64,000 nt of DNA from assembly GCA_002269645.1 (NCBI GenBank), contig NIVC01000563.1:62001-126000 (forward strand). The letters run 5' to 3'. This stretch comes from Macrostomum lignano. Lineage: Eukaryota. Shown one piece after another: positions 23,601 to 34,469 of the stretch (its first letter is position 1; the number at the start of each line of letters is the position of its first letter). Both the position numbers and the translations under genes were made by a program. The notes beneath the pieces are model-generated. The model made no database searches and was not told where the DNA came from. It saw nothing but the letters and a program-made list of their open reading frames with translations.

Positions 23601-26600
23601 ATGTTGGCTGACGACAGCTTCGCTGACGAGTCCGTTATTGTTGAGGCGGATGAGGAAGTGGACGACGTGGACGAAGAGGAGGAAGAGGCGGAAGAAGAGG
23701 AGGAGGAGGAAGTCGGTGCCTCGGAGCTGCTGATGTCAGCTGATGGATCGCCTGATGAAGCTGCGGCCGCTGCCGCCACTGCTCGCGGCCGTCTGCGGTT
23801 TGGCATTGAGAGCATCCTGGCCGGAGGCGGCGGCGGTAGCGGCAGCGGCCTCGACGGAACCAAAAGAGGTGGAGCAGGTTCCGCTGAACGTCCCCGGGAC
23901 CGTCGTCGGCATCAGCATCATCATCGGGAAGCTGCGGCTGCGGCAGCGCCGGTCTGGCGGCAGCAGCAACAGAAGCCTCACCGGCCTACGCAGCAGCAGC
24001 AGCAGCAGCACCACCGACCTGCACTGTCTCCGTCAAGTAAGAGATCTTGTACAATGAATTTCTCATTATTAGTTTGTCTTATAAAATTTATCAGCACCTA
24101 CCACAGCAACCGCTCTGCATCATCCTGCCAACAGTGTCCAGTTTGGCTTCGATTCAAAGCTTCCTCAGCCTGACCCGCGCATCGCCTTCGGTGCACATCC
24201 AGTCTATGGCCGCTTCCCTGGCCGCCAGCGCCGCCGCCGCCGCAGCCGCTGCAGCAGCCTCCGACTCGACTGGCAACGGCGCTGGCGGTGCAAAACCGTC
24301 GCACCACGCCAGCCATCACGGCGGAAGTCACGGAGGCGGCGGCGGTGGCGGCGGGGTCAGCGGAAGTTCTTATCTGCGGCACCGGAAGAAACGAACCAGA
24401 GCGGCGTTCAGCCACGCCCAGGTGTTCGAACTTGAGCGTCGGTTTAGTCATCAAAGATACCTGTCCGGACAGGAGCGCTCGGATCTGGCCAGACTGCTCA
24501 AGCTGACGGAGACCCAGGTGAGCAATTTCGAGATTCCGTGATTCTCCTGGGGAGATTTGGTGATTCTCTTGGGGAGATTCGGTGATTCTCCTGGGGAGAT
24601 TCGGTGATTCTCCTGGGGAGATTCAGTGATTCGGTGATTCTCTTGAGATTTCCGCGATTCATTGGAAATACCCTTTCTAGGTAAAAATTGCTGGGATCAG
24701 ATATTCAAGGATTTTTAATGGGACTTTTTTTCATGGCATCTATTTGATAGAAATTCTTTTGGTATTCTTTTGGTACTGCTGAAATGTTTGTGAAAATATC
24801 TATTCTTTTCCTAAAAGATTCTTCAGCAGATGTTTCTATCTGGAACTGGAAGAATTTGCAAGAATTGTTGCAGATTTATTCACCCACCTAGATCAAGCAC
24901 TTGGTTTCCTACGTAGGTCTAGCAATTTAGCGCCCCTTTTTCTATCTAGATCAAGCACCCCCTTCCATATCTAGATCGAGCGCCCTTTTTCATATCTAGC
25001 TCCCCTTTCCCAATCTAGATCTAGCGCCCCTTTCCCAATCTAGATCTAGCGCCCCTTTCCCAATCTAGATCTAGCGCCCCTTTCCCAATCTAGATCTAGC
25101 GCCCCTTTCCCAATCTAGATCTAGCGCTCCCTTTCCCAATCTAGATCTAGCGCCCCTTTCCCGATCTAGATCTAGCGCCTCTTTCCCAATCTAGATCTAG
25201 CGCTCCCTTTCCTAATCTAGATCTAGCGCTCCCTTTCCCAATCTAGATCTAGCGCCCCTTTCCCGATCTAGATCTAGCGCCTCTTTCCCAATCTAGATCT
25301 AGCGCCCCTTTCCCAATCTAGATCTAGCGCTCCCTTTCCCAATCTAGATCTAGCGCCCCTTTCCCAATCTAGATCTAGCGCTCCCTTTCCCAATCTAGAA
25401 CTAGCGCCCCTTTCCCAATCTAGATCTAGCGCCCCTTTCCCAATCTAGATCTAGCGCCCCTTTCCCAATCTAGATCTAGCGCCCCTTTCCCAATCTAGAT
25501 CTAGCGCCCCTTTCCCGATCTAGATCTAGCGCTCCCTTTCCCATCTAGCGCCTTTTGCCCTCCTAGTATTTTACTGTATGCTTCGATTTCAGCCGATGTC
25601 CCACACTGGTAATTACCAGTTCATTTGCACCAACAGCTATATAAATGAACTGACCAAAGTTATAACAGTTTTAACTTGAATCTGAAGGGAGAAGAAGAAT
25701 GCCGCCTTTAACCGCATACATGCGCAACTCTGCGCATTCCTTTTGACTCTTCACTCTTTGACAAAGTGGCCGTCTGGCTGAATGCGTGTCACACGCAGGC
25801 CGAGGCAAGGACTGACTCTCTGGACCTTGTCAAACTTGTTAGCAACCGATAGTGTTAAAAGTCGAGACTGACCACCCTCATCCTCATTGTCATGTCCGCA
25901 TGCCCCCCCCCCCGGCAACCAGGCGTATCATTAATTTTCCAGTTCCTCCGTGGAACTGAAAATCTGTAGGAAGCGGCCCTGTCCCCAACCAGGAGGACCA
26001 CCAAGGAACCAGATTCCTCGCACCTTTTGCTTCTACGAGCTAGCTTAGTCCTTCGAAATACCCCTCCACCACGGACACAAGAGCCGTGGGTCCATCAAGC
26101 ATGGAAATCTGAAGTCTGCAATCTACAATCCTGAGTTTTTTAGCAAACTTCAAATCGACCTTTTTCGTTGAAATAATTGAATCTTTAGTAAAACGAAGTA
26201 TTACACTGCCGAGATAGAAAAGAGTCATATGGTCGATCTGAACTCAAGAAATGTCACGAAATTTCAAGTTACACACCATTGCGTATACAAATACTGGTAT
26301 GAATTGTAAGGAAACTGTCATTTCCAGGTAAAAATTTGGTTCCAAAATCGACGCTACAAAACTAAGAAGCGGCACCTGCAGCTGAGCACGGACGGTCCGG
26401 ACGAGTCCGGCCACGGAGCCGCCGTCTCTGCTGCCGCCGCCGCCGCCGCCATGGCCGCTGCTGCCAGTGGTAGCGGTGGCGGCGGAGGCTGCGGGGGCGG
26501 CGGCGGCGGCGGCGGTGACACAGCGAGCCGTCGAGCTGCCGCGGCCGCCGCCAGCCTCAACCACCTGCAGTTAATGATGCAGAGCGCCGCTTCGTCTGCT

Positions 26601-27065
26601 CGCGACAGCACCGTCGGGAACATCGACGACTGTCTGCAGCTCCAGCAGCAGCAGCGGCCGCGGCCGGGCGCCAACTTGGAGACGCCGCCGTCTCCGACAT
26701 CTGCCGCTGGAATTCCGCCGGTGTCGACGCGTCAACCGGCCCTCCCGTTCCGTCTGCCATTCCTGCCGCCGCCGCCGCCACCGCCGCCGCCGCCGCATCA
26801 ACAGCTGCTCGGCACGAACCGGCACAGCTGCTTGCCGCCACCGCCTACTGGGCTTCCTCTTGGCTTCACGCCGGCAGCTGCCGCCGCCGCTGCCGCCTTC
26901 TATGCCGCGGCCGTGTCCGCAGCCGCCGCGTCCAGCAGCGGCAGTCCGCCGTCGGCATCGGCGCCATCGTCGTTCATTTCGTCCAGCTGGCTGGCTGGTC
27001 GGCCGGTGGGCGCCGCGGCTCTGACCGCCTCCGCCTCGCCTGCTGGCAGCGCCTGTCTGGACTGA
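23601..27065 (+). CDS. NKX3-2: NK3-class homeobox protein (Nkx3.2/Bapx1/bagpipe), probable join(23601..24036,24135..24517,26328..27065)
   Basis: TN/eh1 motif LRFGIESIL; homeodomain [45 protein letters not shown]|[15 protein letters not shown] split by a phase-0 intron. The intron-1 acceptor was chosen to preserve frame; alternatives at 24095 and 24107 are out of phase. Confidence 0.9.
24535..24650. repeat. ~22-bp minisatellite (gattctcctggggagattcggt)
   Basis: Short tandem array after the homeobox exon donor. Confidence 0.8.
24945..25550. repeat. 25-26-bp minisatellite containing the palindrome CTAGATCTAG
   Basis: ccctttcccaatctagatctagcgc repeated in tandem in the NKX3-2 intron. Confidence 0.95.
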
Positions 27066-27559
27066 CTTAATGGACAGAATGTCAAACTGTCTGAGGCTGA
27101 TCCACTCTCTCACCCGTTGCTGGAACATTTTTCTTGAATGTCGTCAATATTGTCTCTCAAATATTTCCGATGCTTATCCTGTGAAAGCTCTAATTAGTTT
27201 TACCGTTGTGTTCCTTAATTGCTCATATTAGTAGTAAAAATGAAATGTAGATGTTATTGTCCGTAAGCTTGATTTTTTAAGTTGCAACTAATTGTTTGAG
27301 ACGCACTCAGTCTTTTGTTTTTGTTTGTGTATGTCGTAGAGAAGTTCGCTATATAAGTTAGTCTACGACCATCATGTTACTTATGTAAAAGTAAAACCAT
27401 GAGGTTTCGAAGCCTACATAACAATTGCTACATAATAAAATTGCTTTGCTTGCGATTGCAAATATACCTAAAATAAGAAGTCGTTGTTTAAATAGAGAAT
27501 TATTACTGCGAAAAATATCTGTGATGCAATTGTAAGACGCTCTTCAACCAGGACGCCCC

Positions 27560-28012
27560 ACTTTGTGCGCGCCGCTTTGGTTGGCGAAGGTCAGCAGCAC
27601 TGCATGGCACTGTGGCAACCGCGTAAAACAAAATCGTGGATGAAATCCTGCAGCCTGAAGGCACTCAGCGTTGGAGAATGCAGAAGAAAATTTACGACAG
27701 AGGCTACCCAGCAGGCAGTCGGCAAGCCCGCTGCAGTACTTTGGACGAAGGTGACTGCGGATCTCGTCCAGCTTTGTGATGACACTCAAAGCCTTGGCAG
27801 TAGCATGCTTGAATCCTTGGCGTCGCTTTCACCTTGGAGCACGTAGAGAGTAATTGCAAACGGAGCCATTACAATGTGGTACTCTTTCGGTAGACATGCC
27901 TCGTCATTTGTAAAGGGCTGCGAAGGCTTTGATGTAGAAATGTAAAATTGTTCTCGCTCACTGTGAAACATTGAATTCCACCAAGTTCCTTTGCGAAACA
28001 GCTGCCGCAGCT
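27560..28012 (-). pseudogene. hAT transposase relic, C-proximal part
   Basis: Minus-strand peptides TWWNSMF (TRWNS-like), EYHIVMAPFAITLYVLQGE...SMLLPRL and CRKFSSAF...QAAGFHPRF match hAT motifs; frameshifted. Confidence 0.7.
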
Positions 28013-28236
28013 GGGGTGCTTTCACAAGGTCGAAATTTCACAAGGTCGAAAAGTAAATTATTTCACAAGGTCAAAACTTCACAAGGTCGAAATTTCACAA
28101 GGTCGAAATTTCACAACGTAGAAAACTCAAATGGCAGCCACTTTCACAAGGTCGAAACTTCATAAGCTCGAAATTTCACAACGTCGAAAATTTAATATAA
28201 CAAGAACCGTAGTTTTCTACGTTGTGAAATTTGGAC

Positions 28237-29070
28237 TGTCATGAATGTGTTATGACAATGTGCTCTTTGCTTAGTTGCTGCACCGGGCCAGTGGGCCGTC
28301 CTCTCCCCCTCCCCCCTCCTTAGATATTTTCTGACTCACTCACCTGCACTTCTGCGCGTGCGTACCCCTCCCCTCCCTGCCTAGACCTTTTCTGTTGAGT
28401 CAACCCCCCATGCTCTGCGTGCGACCCCCCCCCCTGTGCGACCCCGCCCCATTATTTTGTTAGCTTTGCTGCCCCGCCCCTGTTTGTGATTGGCTGCCAG
28501 TCCCAGTCTGCCGTGCTGCGCCCCGGCGATTGGCTGGTACAGCTCATGCGTTGCCTTGGCTGATGTCTAAGCCCCCTTTTCTGCCTTTATCCCGCGCCCT
28601 CGACCCCCAGTTTGCTGCCTATTTATTCGGCCCCTTGAGACCCCATTCTCGTCGTCTTCGTGGCTCCTCGGCGATTGTGCCAGCGTTGGTTGCTGAATTG
28701 CTATTCCTCGCAGAATTGCTAGACAAATATATAAGTAAAGAATATCGAGATCACCACTGCTCTGACGGCGCTGTTTCTTGTACGACTGAAATCGCGGCTG
28801 GTAAGCCTTCCAATTTGTACGTCATTTGGGTCTGCATCTGTACTAGGCACCTTAGAGGGATTAAGTGCGTCGTACGCCGGTCCCACCCCAAGCAGCTCTG
28901 CGTCGTACGCGAGTCTGTAGGCTGTCGTGCGTCGTACGCTCGAGCAGCCTAGTCCCGACGGACACCGCGTCGTACGCGTGTCAGTGGAGGACCGCAGCCA
29001 GGGTCAGTACACGAACCCGGGTCTGGGAAAGGGGCACGAAAGGACCGAGCCCTTGAGCCTCATCATCACA
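28237..29070 (+). repeat. 5' LTR (834 bp)
   Basis: Starts TGTCATG, ends TCACA. The differences I saw from the 3' LTR are one poly-C length change and one T/C substitution near the end. TATA-like TATATAAG at 28728. Confidence 0.97.
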
Positions 29071-29073
29071 AAT

Positions 29074-29090
29074 TGGCATCCTTGGTGGGA
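29074..29090 (+). other. Primer binding site TGGCATCCTTGGTGGGA, most similar to the complement of a tRNA-Asn 3' end
   Basis: 3 nt after the LTR and starts with TGG; the tRNA assignment comes from recalled metazoan tRNA-Asn and is tentative. Confidence 0.75.
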
Positions 29091-29178
29091 CCCTGCGCTG
29101 TGGAAGACTAAGCAAGGAAGAAAGCTCGAGGCGCGGAATATTGTGAGAAATTAAGGTTAGAAACTGTGACGCCGTGGT

Positions 29179-30233
29179 ATGGATGCTGGAGGTGCTGCTG
29201 GAGGTGCTGCTGGAGGTGCGGCTGGGGGTGCGGCTGGAGGTGCTGCTGGAGGTGCTGCTGGAGCCTTTGGTGTTAATGATCTGGTCGCCGCTTTGACTGC
29301 CCAGATTCAGCAGAACATGCAGCAAGCGGGGCTCTCAGGATTCAGAGGCCGGTGAAGTATGCTCCAGGAATGAATTTCGTGAAGTGGTTGAGGCTCTTCG
29401 TAGCTTATTGCGATGCCATGCAGATTCCGATGCAGAATCGGCGCGCTCAGTTGCTCAGCAATCTAGACTTCAGCACATTCCAAGTTGTCGACAACATGAA
29501 CCTTGGGGACGACTTGCAGTTCGAAGAATTTACCCAGGCCTTGAGGGATAGGTTCACTATGCACCGTACCGTCGTCGACTACCGCACAGAACTGAGCAAT
29601 AGAGAGCAGAGCGAGAAGGAGTCGGTAGAAGATTTCTCTGAAGCTGTGATTGAGTTGGTCGCAAACGCCTTTCCTGATGCGCCTGCCGATGTGCGCGATG
29701 ATCTTGCGAAAGAGCGATTTATGCGAGGCGTCCGTGCGGGGGTGGCTGTGCGGGAGCGATTGTACATGAGCCAGCCGGAGACCTTAGCAGACGCGATGCG
29801 TCTAGTGCATCAGCTGGAAGCGGCGGTTAGGGCAAGTCACGGTCCACCAGGTCAGGGATCAAAAAGAGCTACCGTCTGTGCTGTCACAGCTGAGACTAGA
29901 AATGAGGCTTCCGAAAGCAGTGAGGTCGAGATGCTTCGAAAACAGCTTGCGGCCATGGAGATGCGAATGAAAGAGATGGAGGAGCGGAGGTCTGGAGAAG
30001 CGGAAGAGCCGACCCCGGCGAGTCGGAAGGCTGTGCAGTGTTTTTCGTGTCGAGAGTGGGGCCATATCTCATCAAAGTGTCCCAAGAAAACCAGCCAGAC
30101 AAGTGGAAACGGGAAATCGCCAGTACGATGTCACAAGTGCAACGGTGAAGGCCACCTATCCTTCAAGTGTCCGAAGTCGGGAAACGGGCCGAGGGGACCG
30201 ACCGGGGAGAGTCGGGACCCTGCCAGGAAGTGA
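29179..30233 (+). CDS. gag: Gag with Gly/Ala-rich N-terminus and two CCHC zinc knuckles (1-nt frameshift near 29345)
   Basis: ATG 29179 MDAGGAAGG...; knuckles CFSCREWGHISSKC and CHKCNGEGHLSFKC. Confidence 0.9.
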
Positions 30234-33200
30234 AGTCTCCCAGGGCGAGGAACCGGTGTTGCTCACTAACTCTGTAAATAAATCCAAGTGCGTCTCTGGT
30301 GATGGGAATTCAAAGAGCAACCTGGTTCATGAGGCGTGTTCGTCGGTATCAACGGAGCCTCTGACAGTTTTTATTTCCGGTGCGGTTTCCGGCAAGCCAG
30401 TGGCTCTGCTGTTAGACAGTGGTGCGAGTGTGTCAGTGCTGAGCTGTGATGTTTTCCTGAGGCTGCCGCAAGAGGTGAGGGAGAGACTGACTGCAATGGA
30501 CGGTTCCCTTTCAACGGCCAATGGAGGTGCGATGAGGATGAGAGGCTGCATTGTGCTGGACGTGGAGATTGGCGGCGAGCGGTGGTCAGCGAATTTCTTC
30601 GTAGTGGACGGATTGCGTTATGATGTCATTCTCGGGTCCGAATTTTTCAAACAGCATCGTTGCGTCATCAACTATTCGGAGTTTGTCTTTCGAGTGGGCG
30701 ATGTTAGAGTTCCGATACGGCAGAAAGGCGAGCTGCCCGTGGTGTGTCGAATCAAAGCCGAGACAACGGTATTTCTGGAACCGGCGCAAGAAGTGGTCAT
30801 GCCAGCCAGGGTAGAGAAAAAGGGCGCAAGAAACTGCGGATCGGTCGGCATAACGGAAGAAAAGCCGGTGAAGGCCGCTGAGAAGGATTTGGCGATGGCT
30901 CGAGCTCTGGTAGCGCCCGGTGTGGATGGACGGCTGCCGATGAGATTGCTGAATACGTCCAGTTGTAGGAAGAGGGTCAAGAAAGGAGAGACGATTGGCT
31001 GGTTTATTCCTTTGGAACCGAACGGAGGTATCAACGTGGTGCGCTTGGACGACGACGTAGAGGCCAAGAATGAAGCGGAGGCATGGGACCCGATCGAAGA
31101 ATTCCGCGAGTGGGGTTCATGTGGCCTGTCGGAGGAGGAGGAAGCCGACTTCAGGGAGCTGATTTCCCAACATCGGGCTGTCTTTGCTAAGGACTCCAAG
31201 GATCTCGGCTGTACGACGGTGATGAAGCACGAGATCGACACTGGAGATGCCAGGCCTGTGAAAGAAGCGGCGAGGCGGATTCCCCCGTACCTGCGGCAGG
31301 AAGTGGACAAGGAGTTGGATGACTTGCTGGAAGCTGGGAGAATCAGCGAGGTCAGTCCCCATGGTGCTCTCCGGTGGTGTGCGTGAAAAAGAAGGACGGT
31401 TCCCTGAGGTTCTGTTGTGACTACCGGAAACTGAATGAAGTGACCAAGAAGGATGCAGTGCCGTTGCCCAGGACAGATGACCTGTTGGAGAGCCTAGGCG
31501 GTGCCAAGATTTTTTCGACCATGGACATGCAGTCGGGATACTGGCAGATGGCGGTGGAACCCAGCGACAGACTGAAGACGGCCTTTGGCGTTTCACACCG
31601 GGTACAGCAGTACGCCTGGAACGTTATGCCATTTGGATTGACAAATGCACCGGCTTCATTCAGCCGGCTAATGAATGTGGTGTTGGGGAAGTTGTGCTGG
31701 AAGACGTGTTTGGTGTATCTGGACGACCTGCTAGTGTGGTCACGAACGGTGGAAGAGCACCTGGAACGGTTGCAAACGGTTTTTCGACGGTTGCGAGCAG
31801 CGAACATCAAACTGAAGCCGAAGAAGTGCGCATTCCTGCTGAAGTCAGTGACCTTCCTGGGACACGTAGTGTCAGCTGATGGGATCGCCACGAGTCCAGA
31901 AAAGATTGCCGAAATTCGTGACTGGCCAACTCCGAGAATGTGAAGGAAGTAAGGTCATTCCTGGGACTGTGCGGGTATTACCGGCAATTCATCGCAGATT
32001 TTTCCCGCATTGCTGAGCCGATGCTGCGACGGACCCGACATGATTGCCCGTGGAGCTGGGATGAGGAGTGTCAAGCCGCATTCGAGGCCCTGAAGGAAAG
32101 GTTGCAGGGATCTGAGGTCATGGCGTTTCCAAACTTTGCGGAGGACGCTGGAGAATTCGTTTTAGACACAGACGGTAGCACAAAAGAAGGAATTGGCGCT
32201 GTGCTTTCGCAGGTGCAGAAAGATGGGAGTGAGAAGGTAATAGCTTACGGAAGCAGGACGTTGTCGCGAGAAGAACGGAATTACTGCACGACACGAGTCG
32301 AGTTGCTGGCCGTGGTGTTTTTCGTACAGAAGTTTCGTTATTACCTGATGGGGCGAGAGTTTCTAGTGCGCACCGATCACAGCAGCTTGAAGTGGCTGCA
32401 TTCGCTGCGGGACGTAGAAGGACAACTGGCCAGATGGCTGGAACTCTTGGCTCCGTACAGGTATCGCATCGAACATCGTCCGGGAGTGAAACATCAACAC
32501 GCGGACGCTCTCTCCAGGAAGCCACGTCGGCGCCATCAAGGAAGCGAGAGTTGTCCTGGATGTGCACAAGAGCAGATCGGCGTGAACGCGTTGGGATTGC
32601 AGAAGTGGACCTCGGAGGAGATCAGAGAGAGCCAGAAGATGGACAGCGACATTCGTCAGGCGATGGAGCTGCTGGCTCACGGCGACGGAGAGATAACCGA
32701 AGAGCATTTGCGGCGCATATCACCGACGGCAAGGAGGATTGTCGAAAGACGTCGTGACCTTGAGGTGTCGGACAGTGAGGTGTTGCTGTGTCATACGGCC
32801 AGTAGACGTCAGCCGCAAGTGGTGTTGCCACGGAATATGCTGAGAGCGGTGCTGGAAGAAGCTCATGGTGGACGGAGTGGAGGGCACGTTGGGATTTTCA
32901 AGACCAAGGAGAAGGTGCGGCAATCGTTTTGGAGGCCGGGACTTGGCCGCGAGGTCGAAGAGCACGTAAAAGCCTGTTTGGACTGCACCAAGGCCAAAGC
33001 TGGCAAGAAACCAATTGCACCGATGGAGCCGATTCCGAGTTCAAGCCCATTCGATATCGTGATGACGGACGTCATCGGGCCGCTGCCACGGAGCAAGAAA
33101 GGAAACTTCTACATCCTCACGGTGCAAGATGCGTTCTCAAAGTGGCCTGACGCTTATGCCATCCGGAACCAGAAGGCGGCAACGATCGCAAGGGTGCTAT

Positions 33201-34370
33201 TCGAACGCTGGATTGCAAATCACGGGTGCCCCCGGGTACTTCACTCAGACCAAGGAAGGAACTTTGAGTCGGGGATCATCAGGAAGCTGTGCGAGCTGTT
33301 GGGTGTGAAGAAGACCAGGACGAGCGCCTACCACCCGAGTGGCAACGGACAGGTGGAACGATTTAATGGGTTCCTGAAGAACAGTTTGCGCTCGTATCTG
33401 GTACAGAAGGGTCAGAACGCCTGGGAGGAGTACCTGCCAAGTGCATTGATGGCTTATCGATCGACGGTCCAGGCGTCCACCGGTTACACGCCCTACTACA
33501 TGCTGCATGGTCAGGAGATGCCACTGGGATTCGAACCAGAGGACCTTAGGCGAAAGACGGACAGCTGTCCCTTGTTTGTGCAAGAGATCAAGCAGAACCT
33601 GCTTCATGCCATGAACGCATTCGAGAAGGACGCGAGACGGTTCAGCGACGGCAGAAAATGAATTACGATCGGAAGTGAAGGGCAAAGCGATTCAGAAGGG
33701 CGACTCTGTCTTGCTGTACTATCCGTGCTTGGAGATGGGAGAGAAAAGCAAGTTTCATATCAACTGGCGCGGCCCAGTGAAGGTCCTGGAGAAGCTGTCA
33801 GATGCGTTGTACCGAGTGCAGGATCCGACACAGCCGCAGAAGACCAAGGTGGTGCACTTCAACAATCTCCGGCCGGTTCAGGGCCAGACGGAGGCGGCAG
33901 ACGATCAAGAGACAGGAGAGGAAATTGGGAGGGCCAGTTCGGGAAAAACCAGGCCGCGACGTGGTAATTCCGCTGCTGGACGAAGCCGAAGGCAGAGAGT
34001 GCAACGGGGCGAGACCCAGAGGTGGACCGCAGCGCGAGGGCCGCAGGACCAGGAATCCGAGCAGGAAGATGAAGAGTTTGAAGATCTTCAGCTGCGGTTT
34101 CAAGATCCAAGAGATCACGCTCCACCGGACACCCGAAATCTGGCCGAAGACTGTGAGCCCGGACCTGAGCGTCGAGAAGCAGACGATGACGAAGAAGAGC
34201 ACGACGATGAGGCGCGGTACGACGAGGAGCAGGACGAAGAGGATGAGGCAGAGCCGAACGACGCCAACGTACCCGAGCAGGAAGTGAGGACGGCACAGGA
34301 GGAAGCAGGGCGACCAAGACGTCTGCGGCGACCGCCAGATCGGTTTGGGGTCCCGGTGTACCACTACTGA
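30186..34370 (+). CDS. pol: Pol (protease, RT, RNase H, integrase with GPY/F module and acidic tail), broken by several apparent 1-nt deletions
   Basis: LLDSGAS; RFCCDYRKLN, MPFGLTNAP, YLDD; DTDGS...ELLAVV...TDH; H-x6-H...CLDC, DVIGP, SDQG, VERFN; WRGPVKV...VHFNNLRP; ends RRPPDRF. Confidence 0.93.
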
Positions 34371-34469
34371 AGAAGGGTCCGGTGTACGGCGCTTGGATAG
34401 CCAAGGGGGAAGGGAGGTACATGTCGTGCGTGTCTCATTGCTCATCGGAGTTAGGCCGGACTGTTACAG

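Noticed and set aside
28530-28952. 140-aa ORF in each LTR (also 36165-36587)
   Set aside because: GTG/TTG-type start, no recognisable domain; its duplication simply reflects LTR identity
28867-28977. CRISPR-like look of repeat-spacer units in the LTR
   Set aside because: Repeats are only 11 bp, spacers are short and irregular, the context is a eukaryotic LTR, and there are no cas genes
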